Made by a program: the position numbers and the translations under genes | The notes under the pieces: model-generated | The model's database searches: none | What the model saw: the letters and a program-made list of their open reading frames with translations, nothing else | What the model was told of the DNA's origin: nothing | Source: Bacillales bacterium | GTDB lineage: Bacteria > Bacillota > Bacilli > Paenibacillales > CANHCR01 | Direction: 5' to 3' | Length of the DNA stretch: 64,000 nt | Assembly (NCBI GenBank): GCA_947459205.1 | Contig: CANHCR010000004.1 | Coordinates: forward strand, 26,053 to 90,052 | Shown here: in pieces, positions 43,763 through 54,248 of the stretch | Layout: each line of letters begins with the position of its first letter | Position numbering within the stretch: the stretch's first letter is position 1

Positions 43763-46063
43763 TCATTTGTTGCGCGATTGCATAAATTGATCGATTGTAA
43801 TGAGAACTTCACGCGGTTTGCTACCTTCGTATGGTCCGACAATCGACCGTGCCTCCATCATATCGACTAAACGTGCAGCTCGGGTATATCCAATCCTTAA
43901 ACGACGTTGCAAATAGGACACGGATGCCTGCTTGCCTTCTAAAACGATCATGACCGCCTGCTCAAACAAATCATCTTCAAAGTCATCAGGTTGATCGGCA
44001 GACTCTTCTACTTCAGGCACCAAATCCTCTTGATAAACCGCCTGCTCTTGATTTTTACAAAATTCAACGACTGCCTCCACTTCTTTGTCCGATAAAAAAG
44101 CGCCTTGAACACGCACTGGTTTATTCGATCCGACTGGCATATATAGCATATCACCACGACCGAGTAATTTCTCAGCACCACCAGTATCAAGAATCGTTCG
44201 CGAATCAATTTGCGAGGATACGCCGAACGCAATCCGAGAAGGAATATTCGCCTTGATAACGCCCGTGATGACATCTACGGACGGACGTTGGGTTGCAATA
44301 ATCAAATGAATGCCGGCAGCACGCGCCATTTGCGCAAGTCGACAAATTGAATCTTCTACATCACTGGCAGCAACCATCATCAGATCGGCAAGTTCATCGA
44401 CAATCACGACAATGTAAGGCAAAGGAGTCACATCCGGCTGTTCAGCAGCATGGGCTTGCACTAAAGCATTGTAACCTTCGATATTGCGTGTCCCCGTTTT
44501 CGAAAATAACTCATACCGTTTTTCCATCTCTACGACAACTTTTTTCAGCGCTAACGACGCCCTCCTAGGGTCGGTAACCACTGGCGCCAATAGATGCGGG
44601 ATGCCATTATACATATTAAGTTCAACCATTTTCGGGTCGACCATCAGAAACTTCACTTCATCTGGTTTAGCCTTGTATAAAATGCTGATGATGATGCCAT
44701 TAATACAAACCGATTTGCCTGAACCAGTGGCGCCTGCGACAAGTAAGTGAGGCATTTTCGCCAAGTTACCAACGATTGGTTGACCAGAAATGTCGCGACC
44801 AAAAGCAATCGTCAACTTCGCGTTTGATTCATGAAAAGCCGAACTCTCCATCACCTCACGCATTGTGACAACCGCTACCTCTGAGTTTGGCACTTCAATA
44901 CCAATTGCAGACTTGCCTGGAATTGGCGCCTCCATGCGAATATCTTTGGCGGCGAGAGCCAATGCAATATCATCCGTCAAACTGACGATTCTCGATACTT
45001 TTACGCCTACATCAGGTTGCAACTCATAACGAGTGACGGCAGGACCGCGGTGAACCTCTATCACTTTTGCTTTTACTCCAAAACTCTCGAGCGTTTTTTC
45101 TAATTTACGGGCATTGCCCATCATATCCGTTTGTTCAGGTGATTTACCTTGTGCGGAAGGTTTAGTAAGCAGTTGAAAATTTGGCAACGAATATAATGGC
45201 AATTCAAGTTGCTTTACAGGAAACTCAATTTCAGGTTCAACAACTTCAGTATCAATCGGTTGCTCTGTAAAATCACGAATAATGACTGTCTCAGGAGGCG
45301 TCACAACTTCCGGAACTACTTCGACAGTTGTACTCACACTATCGCTGTTTTCTGGTTTTTGAAACAACTTTTTCATCCAGGAAGTTTCTGGCTTTTGTGC
45401 CTCTGATTGTTCATCATCATCACTAGGTTCTGTGACGACAACAGAAGGTTGTTTTTGCTTGATTGACTTAGGTGATTTGTCTTCCTCTTTCGCTTTTTTT
45501 GAAGCGAGAAAAGACTTAACCCAAAGTCCTAAATCGACGTATGAGACATTAAAAATAAGGATGATGCTAACGAGCAACATCGAGAACATTAACATGTAAG
45601 AGCCGACATTGCCAAACAATAAGTAAGATATAGCATACAAAATGCCACCGATGATACCACCGCCGAGATCACTTTCGAGCGGACTTCCACTTAAGACAGC
45701 CGTAAACGACTCAGAGAAAATATCTGCGGAACTATGTGAACCATCTGGATATAATTTGTCGAAAAAAGACATGTGAAAATAAAGTAATGCTGTGCTAATC
45801 AGCATAAATACACCGCTTCTGCGGCGCGTCCATCCTAGCGGCCAAGCACGTTTAATCATTGTGTACAATCCGACATAAATGAAAATTAGCGGAATGATGA
45901 AATTTAAATTCCCCATGAAAAAACGATTTATGTAAGTCAACACACTCGCAACCAGGCTATCTTCTAATGTTAGGGAAATAATAGATAAAGCAATGATAAT
46001 AATCCCGATGACCTCAAAAAAAATGAATGTCCGTGCAGTTTCCTTTTTCTTTTTTCGTGCCAT
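43763..46063 (-). CDS. ftsK: DNA translocase FtsK/SpoIIIE
   Basis: 766 aa with four N-terminal TM helices, an acidic/Pro-rich linker, motor domain Walker A GATGSGKS and Walker [10 protein letters not shown], and a C-terminal gamma wHTH. Confidence 0.95.
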   Translation of the reverse strand: MARKKKKETARTFIFFEVIGIIIIALSIISLTLEDSLVASVLTYINRFFMGNLNFIIPLIFIYVGLYTMIKRAWPLGWTRRRSGVFMLISTALLYFHMSFFDKLYPDGSHSSADIFSESFTAVLSGSPLESDLGGGIIGGILYAISYLLFGNVGSYMLMFSMLLVSIILIFNVSYVDLGLWVKSFLASKKAKEEDKSPKSIKQKQPSVVVTEPSDDDEQSEAQKPETSWMKKLFQKPENSDSVSTTVEVVPEVVTPPETVIIRDFTEQPIDTEVVEPEIEFPVKQLELPLYSLPNFQLLTKPSAQGKSPEQTDMMGNARKLEKTLESFGVKAKVIEVHRGPAVTRYELQPDVGVKVSRIVSLTDDIALALAAKDIRMEAPIPGKSAIGIEVPNSEVAVVTMREVMESSAFHESNAKLTIAFGRDISGQPIVGNLAKMPHLLVAGATGSGKSVCINGIIISILYKAKPDEVKFLMVDPKMVELNMYNGIPHLLAPVVTDPRRASLALKKVVVEMEKRYELFSKTGTRNIEGYNALVQAHAAEQPDVTPLPYIVVIVDELADLMMVAASDVEDSICRLAQMARAAGIHLIIATQRPSVDVITGVIKANIPSRIAFGVSSQIDSRTILDTGGAEKLLGRGDMLYMPVGSNKPVRVQGAFLSDKEVEAVVEFCKNQEQAVYQEDLVPEVEESADQPDDFEDDLFEQAVMIVLEGKQASVSYLQRRLRIGYTRAARLVDMMEARSIVGPYEGSKPREVLITIDQFMQSRNK

Positions 46064-46088
46064 CCTAGCTCCTCCCCTTTGCTAATGA

Positions 46089-46120
46089 AACAAAAACTGC
46101 CTTAAATCATTAAGGCAGTT
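46089..46120 (-). terminator. Rho-independent terminator after rnj
   Basis: Minus strand AACTGCCTTAA tgatt TAAGGCAGTT followed by TTTGTTTC. Confidence 0.75.
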
Positions 46121-46127
46121 CGATTGT

Positions 46128-47801
46128 TTATACTTCCATAATAATCGGTAAGATCATCGGACGTCTACGAGTTTGTTCATATAAAAATTTGTTTAAAGCA
46201 TCACGGATTTGATTTTTCATGAATGACCACTCTACCACTTGCTCGCCATTAAACTTACTTAATGTCGCAGCGACCAATTTCGTTGCTTCGTCCATTAGCG
46301 GCTCTGATTCGCGAACATAGACGAAACCACGTGATATGATATCCGGTCCAGAAAGAACGGCGCGCGTTTCTTTATTCAATGTCACGACAACAACGAGAAT
46401 ACCGTCTTGCGACAGCAATTTACGATCACGCAATACAATATTCCCGACATCTCCAACGCCAAGCCCATCAATCAAAACGTTACCAGTCGGCACTTTCCCG
46501 GCTTTGCGAGCCTCACCATTTTCGATCTCAACTACGTCGCCAATATCACAAATAAATATGTTCCCTGGTTCAATGCCAACCGCTTCCGCCAACCTAGCGT
46601 GATTGCGTTGCATTCGATACTCACCGTGAACCGGCATAAAATATTGCGGTTTCATCAAATTGAGCATTAATTTCAGTTCTTCTTGAGAACCATGTCCGGA
46701 GACATGCACGCCCGAACTACCCCCGCCGTGAATCACATTCGCACCTAAACGATACAAGTCATCGACGATTCTTCCCACATATTTTTCATTACCAGGGATT
46801 GGTGTAGCGGCAATAATGACCGTATCACCCGGCAACACCTCTGCACGCTTATGCGTGTTGCGCGCCATTTTTGAAAGAGCTGACATTGGCTCACCTTGAC
46901 TGCCCGTCGACAAAATGACTACACGATTGGCAGGTAAACTATGCACCGCTTCCGGTTCGATCAGCATCCCTTTTGGGATTTTTAAATAGCCCAACTCTTC
47001 AGAAATGTTAACGACATTTTCCATACTTCTACCGATCACCGTTAATTTTCTTCCTGTTTCTTCAGCGGCATCAATGACTTGTTGAATGCGATGTATGTTC
47101 GATGCGAACGTAGCAACAATCACACGTTGGTCGGCTTTATGAAACACTTCTTTTAATGCTCGTCCGACAAGCGCCTCAGAAGGTGTAAAACCAGGACGTT
47201 CAGCATTGGTACTGTCTGATAACAAACAGAGTACGCCACGCTCGCCAATCGCAGCCATTCGTTGCAAGTCAGCATATTGGTTATTCACCGGTGTATGGTC
47301 AAATTTAAAATCACCTGTATGGACGATGACACCTTCAGGTGTATCCACACACACACCAACGGAATCCGGTATACTATGATTCGTTTTGAAGAATGTGATA
47401 TCCAATTTACCAAGACGAATTTCGGAATCTGCATGAATCGTATAACGCTTAGTGTCATTCAATAGACCATGTTCACGCAACTTACCTTCGATTAAACCGA
47501 GCGTTAAGCGCGTCGCATAAATCGGTACATTCAATTGCTTTAATACATAAGGAAGTCCGCCAATGTGATCTTCATGTCCGTGCGTGATCACAATACCTCG
47601 TACTTTATCCTTGTTGTCTAACAAGTAAGTGATGTCCGGAATGACGATGTCAATGCCAAGCATTTCTTCTTCGGGAAATTTTAATCCCGCATCGATCACC
47701 ACAATGTCATCACCACATTGGACGACGTACATGTTCTTACCGATCTCGCCAACTCCACCTAATGCGAAAATTGAAACTTTATTTTTGTTGTATTTTGCCA
47801 A
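46128..47801 (-). CDS. rnj: Ribonuclease J
   Basis: 557 aa with the metallo-beta-lactamase motif ITHGHEDHIGG and beta-CASP plus C-terminal domains. TTG start. Confidence 0.95.
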   Translation of the reverse strand: MAKYNKNKVSIFALGGVGEIGKNMYVVQCGDDIVVIDAGLKFPEEEMLGIDIVIPDITYLLDNKDKVRGIVITHGHEDHIGGLPYVLKQLNVPIYATRLTLGLIEGKLREHGLLNDTKRYTIHADSEIRLGKLDITFFKTNHSIPDSVGVCVDTPEGVIVHTGDFKFDHTPVNNQYADLQRMAAIGERGVLCLLSDSTNAERPGFTPSEALVGRALKEVFHKADQRVIVATFASNIHRIQQVIDAAEETGRKLTVIGRSMENVVNISEELGYLKIPKGMLIEPEAVHSLPANRVVILSTGSQGEPMSALSKMARNTHKRAEVLPGDTVIIAATPIPGNEKYVGRIVDDLYRLGANVIHGGGSSGVHVSGHGSQEELKLMLNLMKPQYFMPVHGEYRMQRNHARLAEAVGIEPGNIFICDIGDVVEIENGEARKAGKVPTGNVLIDGLGVGDVGNIVLRDRKLLSQDGILVVVVTLNKETRAVLSGPDIISRGFVYVRESEPLMDEATKLVAATLSKFNGEQVVEWSFMKNQIRDALNKFLYEQTRRRPMILPIIMEV

Positions 47802-47873
47802 AAGAAATAGACCTCCCAGTCTGAAAATAGACGGGTGTCCACAATGGTCGCTTAGATAAACCGGGGCAAAAAT

Positions 47874-48767
47874 CTATACTTTGACTTTTGCTTCAAACAG
47901 TTTTTCTAAAAAAAGTCGTTCTTCACCAGTACATTCTACGAGTGGCAGTCGTACGCCACCCACATCAACGCCATGTAATTTCAAAGCGTATTTCACAGGT
48001 ACAGGATTTGGAACTCTATGCGGGCATTGGAACAACCCTTTAAATATAGGCAATAATTTTTGGTGTAACTTAGATGCATTCAATATTCGACCTTGAATGT
48101 ATGCATCAATCATTTGTTTAATTTCATTACCAATCACGTGACTTGCGACACTGACAACTCCGTACCCGCCAATCGCCAAAACTGGCAACGTAAGATTGTC
48201 ATCGCCACTATACAAAGTGAACGATTCATCAGTGGCGGCAATAATCTCTGCCATTTGGTCCAAATCACCACTCGACTCCTTGGTGGAAACGATATTCGGT
48301 ATTTGTGCCAAACGAACGGTAGTGTTTACGTCAATATTAATTCCCGTTCTAGAGGGGATGTTATACAGCATGATCGGTAACGAAGAGTTTTCTGCAATGG
48401 TTTTGAAATGCAAATAAATGCCTTCTTGGCCTGGACGATTATAATAAGGTGCAACAACAAGAGCACCGTCAACACCTGCAGATTCCGCGAGTTGTGTAGT
48501 GTGCACCGCATGTTTCGTATCGTAACTACCCGTTCCGGCAATCACTTTACAACGCTTGTTCGCATATTGCACCGCACGGTGGAACATTTCGGATTTTTCA
48601 TCTTCGCTCAAAGTCGGCGATTCGCCCGTTGTACCACAAACGACGATTGCATCTGCAGCTTGTTGTTCAATGACATAATCTATCAGTTGCTTAAAACGAT
48701 CATAATCAACCTGCAATTGCGAATCAAACGGCGTGACAAGTGCAGTAATCAAACGTCCGAAACTCAA
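47874..48767 (-). CDS. dapA: 4-hydroxy-tetrahydrodipicolinate synthase
   Basis: 297 aa with TALVTPF, GTTGESPTLS and the Lys-bearing KES region. TTG start 8 nt after GGGGAGG. Confidence 0.95.
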   Translation of the reverse strand: MSFGRLITALVTPFDSQLQVDYDRFKQLIDYVIEQQAADAIVVCGTTGESPTLSEDEKSEMFHRAVQYANKRCKVIAGTGSYDTKHAVHTTQLAESAGVDGALVVAPYYNRPGQEGIYLHFKTIAENSSLPIMLYNIPSRTGINIDVNTTVRLAQIPNIVSTKESSGDLDQMAEIIAATDESFTLYSGDDNLTLPVLAIGGYGVVSVASHVIGNEIKQMIDAYIQGRILNASKLHQKLLPIFKGLFQCPHRVPNPVPVKYALKLHGVDVGGVRLPLVECTGEERLFLEKLFEAKVKV

Positions 48768-48797
48768 ACGAAAAACCTCCCCAAACGATCAAAAAAA

Positions 48798-49832
48798 TTA
48801 CTTCGTAAATGTTTCTGCGATTTGCACTGCATTCCATGCAGCACCTTTCAACAAATTATCAGACACAATCCACATATTAAGTGCATTATCGTTGTACAGA
48901 TCCTTGCGAACACGACCAACAAATACGTCCAATTTACCGGACGCATCAGATGCAAGCGGATATTGCTGGTTTGGCAAATCATCAACAAGCGTTACCCCAG
49001 GGGCGTTAGCAAGCAAAGTATTCACTTCAGCCAAATCAATATCATTATGGAATTCAACAAATACAGACTCAGAGTGACCGTTTACGACGGGAATTCTAAC
49101 ACAAGTCGCTGTCACTTCAATCGAGTCATCACCCATAATTTTTTGTGTTTCACGAATCATTTTCATTTCTTCAAGCGTGAAACCATTATCTTGGAATTTA
49201 TCGATTTGCGGAATCGCATTAAACGCGATTTGATGTTTGACAGGAAGTGATCCTACAGGCAAAATATCTGGCTTCGCATCATTCCCTGCAAGCACTTCTT
49301 TCGTTTGACGCAGCATTTCGTCAATCGCTTTCGCACCTGCTCCAGAAACCGCTTGATATGTCGAAACAATAATTTTACGAATGCCATAACGGTCATGCAA
49401 GGGCTTCAGTGCTGCAACCATTTGAATCGTCGAACAGTTAGGATTCGCTATGATTCCCTTGTGGTTCGCGATTTGCTCTGCATTTACTTCAGGAACGACA
49501 AGCGGAGTATCGGGATCCATCCGAAACGCATTGGTATTATCGATACATACAACACCAGCACGAACCGCATGAGGAGCCAGTTCGCGGCTTATGTCGCCAC
49601 CCGCACTAAACAAGGCAATATGTACGCCGGCAAAACAATCCGGCGTCGCTTCTTGAATGACAACATCTTTCCCCTTAAATTTAACTGTTTTTCCAGCGGA
49701 ACGACCGGAAGCTAACAATTTTAACTCATCAATTGGGAAATTACGCTCTTCGAGCAAACGAATGATTTGCTCACCGACTGCGCCCGTAGCCCCTACAACA
49801 GCTACGTTAAACAGTTTTTGTTGGCCTGACAT
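48798..49832 (-). CDS. asd: Aspartate-semialdehyde dehydrogenase
   Basis: The ATG at 49832 is about 8 nt after the GGAG core of GAAGGAGAA. VGATGAVG NADP motif and active-site NPNCSTI. Confidence 0.95.
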   Translation of the reverse strand: MSGQQKLFNVAVVGATGAVGEQIIRLLEERNFPIDELKLLASGRSAGKTVKFKGKDVVIQEATPDCFAGVHIALFSAGGDISRELAPHAVRAGVVCIDNTNAFRMDPDTPLVVPEVNAEQIANHKGIIANPNCSTIQMVAALKPLHDRYGIRKIIVSTYQAVSGAGAKAIDEMLRQTKEVLAGNDAKPDILPVGSLPVKHQIAFNAIPQIDKFQDNGFTLEEMKMIRETQKIMGDDSIEVTATCVRIPVVNGHSESVFVEFHNDIDLAEVNTLLANAPGVTLVDDLPNQQYPLASDASGKLDVFVGRVRKDLYNDNALNMWIVSDNLLKGAAWNAVQIAETFTK

Positions 49833-49856
49833 GTACATTTCTCCTTCGTCTTCAGT

Positions 49857-50456
49857 TTAATATTGATAACGTTCAATAAGCACCGGTTGCAATTGCCGAC
49901 CCAGTAATGCTTGAACGCATGTTTCTGCGATTAAATTCATTCTTGCCACAAGAGAATTCGGTTTTTGTTCGGGAGCGTCTTGCCCGAAAGGCACAAAATA
50001 CATATATTTCGCCGCTAATAATTTCGCCAAATTGGCAGCATTCAAACCGAGACCATCATTCGTCGAAATAGCAACGATCACCGGTCGCTGATTACGCATT
50101 TGTGCCTTGGCCGCCATTAACACCGCATTATCAGTTAATGCATTAGCCAGTTTGCTCAGCGTATTGCCCGTGCAAGGTGCGATAATCAACGCATCAAACG
50201 TCTTCGCGGGTCCAAGCGGTTCTGCTTCAGCGATTGTAGAAATCGGTTGTTTGCCTGTTACAGTATACAGTTCATCTTGCCAATGCGCACTCGTTCCAAA
50301 ACGTGTATCTGTATGCACAATGGTATTAGAAATAATCGGCGTTACTGTCGCGCCTGCATAACATAAACGTTGAATTTCGGGAATCACTTCAGAAAACGTA
50401 CAATGCGATCCTGTCAAGGCAAAGCCAATGTTGCGTCCGCTCAAATCAATGCTCAA
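49857..50456 (-). CDS. spoVFB: Dipicolinate synthase subunit B
   Basis: TTG start after GGAGG, overlapping the spoVFA stop. GFALTGSHCT flavoprotein motif and close resemblance to B. subtilis SpoVFB. Confidence 0.9.
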   Translation of the reverse strand: MSIDLSGRNIGFALTGSHCTFSEVIPEIQRLCYAGATVTPIISNTIVHTDTRFGTSAHWQDELYTVTGKQPISTIAEAEPLGPAKTFDALIIAPCTGNTLSKLANALTDNAVLMAAKAQMRNQRPVIVAISTNDGLGLNAANLAKLLAAKYMYFVPFGQDAPEQKPNSLVARMNLIAETCVQALLGRQLQPVLIERYQY

Positions 50457-51349
50457 GGCAACGAAGCCTCCATATCTTCGGAAATGAGTTGGCACAGCGT
50501 GGAAGCAAACATATTCCCTGCTGTTTTGGGCGCAACAATTCCGGGCAGACCGGGTGCTTGTAAAGCCTTTATTTGACGCTTCTCCGCGAAGCGAAAGTCC
50601 GTTCCTCCAGGTTTCGTCGCCAAATCGATAATGACTGTTTGTTGACTCATGGCGGCAATTACCTTTGCTGTGACTATCATAGACGGAATTGTATTAAAAA
50701 GCAAGTCGATACTGTCCAACTGCTCCAACCAATCGACTGTGTAGAATGGGTTTAGCCCCATCTCATAAGCACGCGCAAACTGTTCAGGAAAGCGAACTCC
50801 TGTGTGCACTTTTGCCCCCATCGCTTTTAACAATCGCGCCAACGTCATGCCTACCCTGCCAAATCCGAGCACGACAACTTCGGAGCCATGTATGGTGACA
50901 TTCGTATGTTCAATCGCCATCGCCACTGCGCCTTCAGCAGTCGGAATCGAGTTGAAAATCGCTAAATCATTTCGTTTCAACAACTCAACAAATGTCACAT
51001 TCGCATGATCGCACATCAAGCGCATCGCATCACTGGCAAAACCAGTGTAAACTTTGGCGTGTGTTGGCAAAGCGCCGATATGTTGCGGGCGGATGAATAG
51101 TGGATGTTTCGCATATTTCGCTTCAACTTCCCCGGTTTCGCTCATACCCGTTACCGGCATGACGAGTATATCGACACTCGCACATTCTTCCACAGTAAGC
51201 GGCACTTTTAAGATCTCGCTCGTACGTTCATGTTCAAGTTCGAAACCAACAGCTTTTACGAACGCATCCAATTCATGCAAACGACGAATGACCTCAAGTT
51301 GACGTTCATCGCCGCCAACCACCATCACATAAAGTCCAGTAAGCATCAT
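50453..51349 (-). CDS. spoVFA: Dipicolinate synthase subunit A
   Basis: 298 aa with GGDERQ near the N-terminus and the dehydrogenase fold GFGRVG. GGGAGGTG SD. Confidence 0.9.
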   Translation of the reverse strand: MMLTGLYVMVVGGDERQLEVIRRLHELDAFVKAVGFELEHERTSEILKVPLTVEECASVDILVMPVTGMSETGEVEAKYAKHPLFIRPQHIGALPTHAKVYTGFASDAMRLMCDHANVTFVELLKRNDLAIFNSIPTAEGAVAMAIEHTNVTIHGSEVVVLGFGRVGMTLARLLKAMGAKVHTGVRFPEQFARAYEMGLNPFYTVDWLEQLDSIDLLFNTIPSMIVTAKVIAAMSQQTVIIDLATKPGGTDFRFAEKRQIKALQAPGLPGIVAPKTAGNMFASTLCQLISEDMEASLP

Positions 51350-51377
51350 TGTTGCACCTCCCTACCAACGTGTGATG

Positions 51378-51405
51378 TAGTCTATGCACACGTGTAGCAG
51401 ACGGT
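51378..51405 (-). promoter_or_regulatory. Possible sigma-K-type promoter for spoVFAB
   Basis: On the minus strand: AC, 17 nt, CATAGACTA, compared with the recalled sigma-K consensus AC-N16/17-CATAnnnTA. Confidence 0.3.
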
Positions 51406-51426
51406 GAATATTGATGCAAGAACGTT

Positions 51427-51879
51427 TTACTTTTTCTCGTTCGTCGAACCGAATCCGCCCTCACCGCGATCGGTACTCGTCAACTGCGCCACTTCTTCAA
51501 ACTGCACGTCCAATACTTCCTGAATTACCATTTGTGCGATGCGATCATTCCTTTGAATGATAAACGGCTCTTGACCATGGTTAATCAAAATCACTTTTAC
51601 TTCTCCACGGTAATCAGCATCAATCGTTCCAGGCGAGTTCAAAGCGGTAATGCCATGTTTGATAGCCCACCCACTACGCGGTCTGATTTGCGCCTCCAAA
51701 TTTGGTGGCAACTCCATTGCGAAACCGCTTGAAATCAGTTTTCGTTCTCCTGGTTGAATCACAACAGGTTCAGAAACAGCGGCGTGAATATCGAATCCTG
51801 CTGCCAATTGTGTCATTTTTGTCGGCAACAGAATATCTTCATAACCAGGTAAGCGTTGAATTTTAACGAGATAAGACAA
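51427..51879 (-). CDS. dut: dUTP diphosphatase
   Basis: The TTG at 51879 follows AGGAGGGA. AAGFD, RPRSG, GTIDADYRGE and GGFGST trimeric dUTPase motifs. Overlaps the upstream peptidase stop by 17 nt. Confidence 0.85.
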   Translation of the reverse strand: MSYLVKIQRLPGYEDILLPTKMTQLAAGFDIHAAVSEPVVIQPGERKLISSGFAMELPPNLEAQIRPRSGWAIKHGITALNSPGTIDADYRGEVKVILINHGQEPFIIQRNDRIAQMVIQEVLDVQFEEVAQLTSTDRGEGGFGSTNEKK

Positions 51880-53122
51880 GTTGATCCCTCCTGAAAGATT
51901 GAAGTGCTTGGTCGTCATTGCCAACCATCGCAATCGCAAACGGTTGTGAAAATAGATGTGCTGACAATTCGGTGATATCATCTAACGTAACATTTTCTAG
52001 TTTTTTCAACACCTCGTCCATGCTGAGATGTTTACCGAGCATTAATTCGTTGCGTCCCATGCGATGCATACGACTGCTCGAGCTTTCGGATGAAAGTATG
52101 AAATTCCCTTTCAGTTGTTCTTTCGTGCGCGCTAACTCGTCCTCGCGTACGCCGTTGCTTGCAATTTGTGAGAGCACATCCATCGTGACATCAAGCAATA
52201 ATGACGATTGCTTCGGTACTGTGCCTGCATATATAACGAACATGCCGCTGTCCGAATACGCTCCATGATAAGAGTATACCGAATATGCGAGGCCTCGTTT
52301 CTCGCGAATTTCTTGAAACAGTCTAGAACTCATTCCGCCGCCGATAATATTGTTGAGAACACTCATGCTATACGTTTTCTGATCGCCAAGCGGTATGCCT
52401 GGCAAAGCAAGACATAGATGGTGTTGTTCCGTTTGCTTTTGGCGGAACATCACGCCACCCTGAAAAGTTGGCGTTGTTAGCCTCGTAACTTCACCTTGAT
52501 TTTGGTAAAAAGCAAAATGTTGCTCCAACAACTGTGGCAAATCGTCGCTGATGTTACCAGCGATGCTAATGACAATATTCGACAAAGAATAATGTGTTTT
52601 CATATAGTTATGCAAATCGTTCGATTGGAACGATTGTAACCGTTCGATATCACCTAAGATCGGATATGCGAGCGAATGCTCTGAAAAAGCAGCGGATGCA
52701 ATCAAGTCGTGCACGTGGTCATCAGGTGTGTCGTCATACATTGCAATTTCTTCGTACACGACATTTTTTTCTTTCTCGAGTTCTTCTGCATCAAACAAAG
52801 AATGAAAAAACATATCAGCCAGTACTTCAAGTGCTTTTGGCAAATGTTGATCTAAAACTACAAAGTAGTAGCACGTATTTTCTTTGCTAGTAAACGCATT
52901 GATATTGCCGCCTAAACCGTCAAAAATGTTGGCAATTTCGTTCGCGCTATACTTGCTCGTCCCTTTAAAAAGCATATGTTCAATTAAATGTGTAATGCCG
53001 TTTGTGACGCTTGTCTCATTGCGAGAACCAGCTTTCACCCAAATTCCAAAAGACACAGACCGAGTGGAAGGAATGTGTTCGGATACAACGGAAATGCCGT
53101 TTGATAATTTATAAATGTTCAC
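51863..53122 (-). CDS. mlpA: M16-family zinc peptidase (MlpA/YmxG-like)
   Basis: The GTG at 53122 follows GGAGG. GITHLIEHMLFKGT zinc motif. Conserved position after the ylxY-like deacetylase. Confidence 0.85.
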   Translation of the reverse strand: MNIYKLSNGISVVSEHIPSTRSVSFGIWVKAGSRNETSVTNGITHLIEHMLFKGTSKYSANEIANIFDGLGGNINAFTSKENTCYYFVVLDQHLPKALEVLADMFFHSLFDAEELEKEKNVVYEEIAMYDDTPDDHVHDLIASAAFSEHSLAYPILGDIERLQSFQSNDLHNYMKTHYSLSNIVISIAGNISDDLPQLLEQHFAFYQNQGEVTRLTTPTFQGGVMFRQKQTEQHHLCLALPGIPLGDQKTYSMSVLNNIIGGGMSSRLFQEIREKRGLAYSVYSYHGAYSDSGMFVIYAGTVPKQSSLLLDVTMDVLSQIASNGVREDELARTKEQLKGNFILSSESSSSRMHRMGRNELMLGKHLSMDEVLKKLENVTLDDITELSAHLFSQPFAIAMVGNDDQALQSFRRDQLVLSR

Positions 53123-53175
53123 TCGATGACCTCCGGATGATTGCTTACATTCATAGTTTACCAATAAAAAGCGAT

Positions 53176-54135
53176 TCACTCAACAAACTGCATACGATTC
53201 GGGGAAATCGTGCGCGACACGGTGTCGATTGTGAAACCGCGTTCCCGAGCATCGTCGATTAATTGCGGCAACGCTTGAGCAGTGCTTGCGGTTGGATGCA
53301 TAAGTACAAGCGCACCTGGAGTTAATTCTTTACGCACCTTCGAAATGATTTGTTGAGCAGGCGGACGTTTCCAATCAACCGTATCGACTGTCCATAGAAT
53401 GGTGAGTAAATTATGTTTGCGGGCAATAGCGACCGTATCATCATCAAAGTCACCAGATGGCGGTGCAAACAGTCGATTTTTGACGCCGAGTTCATTTAAT
53501 AATCTTTCAGTTTTTACGATTTCACCATTTGCCAGTTCATTGGATAACTGACTCATATTCTTGTGCGAATATCCATGGTTCGACAATTCGTGACCTGCCT
53601 TCATCATCCGCTTTGCTAGTTCAGCATTTTTCGACAACCAACTTCCGTCTAAAAAAAATGTCGCTTTTGCTTGTTTCACGCGGAACGTTTCTAACATATG
53701 CGGAATGTGTTCGTTCCCCCAAGCTACGTTCACCATGAATGCGACTGCAAGTTTCTCTGGGTTTGCGCGATAAATCGGTGCCGGAGGTAACGACTCAAGT
53801 GGTTGGAGCGGAGTTAGTGTGCGGTATATTTCATTCAATTCTTTCGAATGTTGCCAACTGACTTTTGAAGCGTTGATTGTTTTTTGTTCTTCTAACATGC
53901 GACCGTTCAGTCCGGGAATTAATTTCCAAACACGGTCAATTCGTGGTTCAATGGGCTTCACATATACTTGGGTCGCCCTTTGTTTGACCACTTGTTGCAG
54001 TTCACTTATCGCACCCGCGGAACTCATTGCTGTGCTATTTCGTTCCGCTTCATTCGTTCCGATAAGCCAAATCATGCAACTACAAAAGATAATAGCAATC
54101 GCCACACTCAGTATAAACTTTCGCATTGATTTCAA
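53176..54135 (-). CDS. ylxY: Polysaccharide deacetylase family sporulation protein (YlxY-like)
   Basis: N-terminal TM helix, NodB domain (TFFLDG...HGYSH...LMH), and synteny downstream of pnp. Confidence 0.85.
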   Translation of the reverse strand: MKSMRKFILSVAIAIIFCSCMIWLIGTNEAERNSTAMSSAGAISELQQVVKQRATQVYVKPIEPRIDRVWKLIPGLNGRMLEEQKTINASKVSWQHSKELNEIYRTLTPLQPLESLPPAPIYRANPEKLAVAFMVNVAWGNEHIPHMLETFRVKQAKATFFLDGSWLSKNAELAKRMMKAGHELSNHGYSHKNMSQLSNELANGEIVKTERLLNELGVKNRLFAPPSGDFDDDTVAIARKHNLLTILWTVDTVDWKRPPAQQIISKVRKELTPGALVLMHPTASTAQALPQLIDDARERGFTIDTVSRTISPNRMQFVE

Positions 54136-54218
54136 CTCCCGTTTCGCATCTTAATATACGTGTCATATCATCGTATGCTTTAGGGGAGTTTGTCAGAATG
54201 GAAACGATTATTTTCGCA

Positions 54219-54242
54219 ATAAAAAAACCGGCGGGTGCCGGT
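54219..54242 (-). terminator. Rho-independent terminator after pnp
   Basis: Minus strand ACCGGC accc GCCGGT followed by TTTTTTTATT. Confidence 0.8.
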
Positions 54243-54248
54243 ATGTAG

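Noticed and set aside
43763-46063. An FtsK/SpoIIIE-family translocase as a marker of an integrative conjugative element.
   Set aside because: It has the full chromosomal FtsK architecture (four TM helices, long linker, motor, gamma domain) and sits in the conserved rnj-ftsK-ymf backbone. No integrase, relaxase or T4SS genes are nearby.
40306-53122. Three M16 (insulinase-like) peptidase genes as a possible peptide-maturation (RiPP/PQQ-like) system.
   Set aside because: They occupy exactly the ymfF/ymfH and mlpA positions of the conserved Bacillales backbone. No precursor peptide, radical-SAM maturase or exporter is associated.
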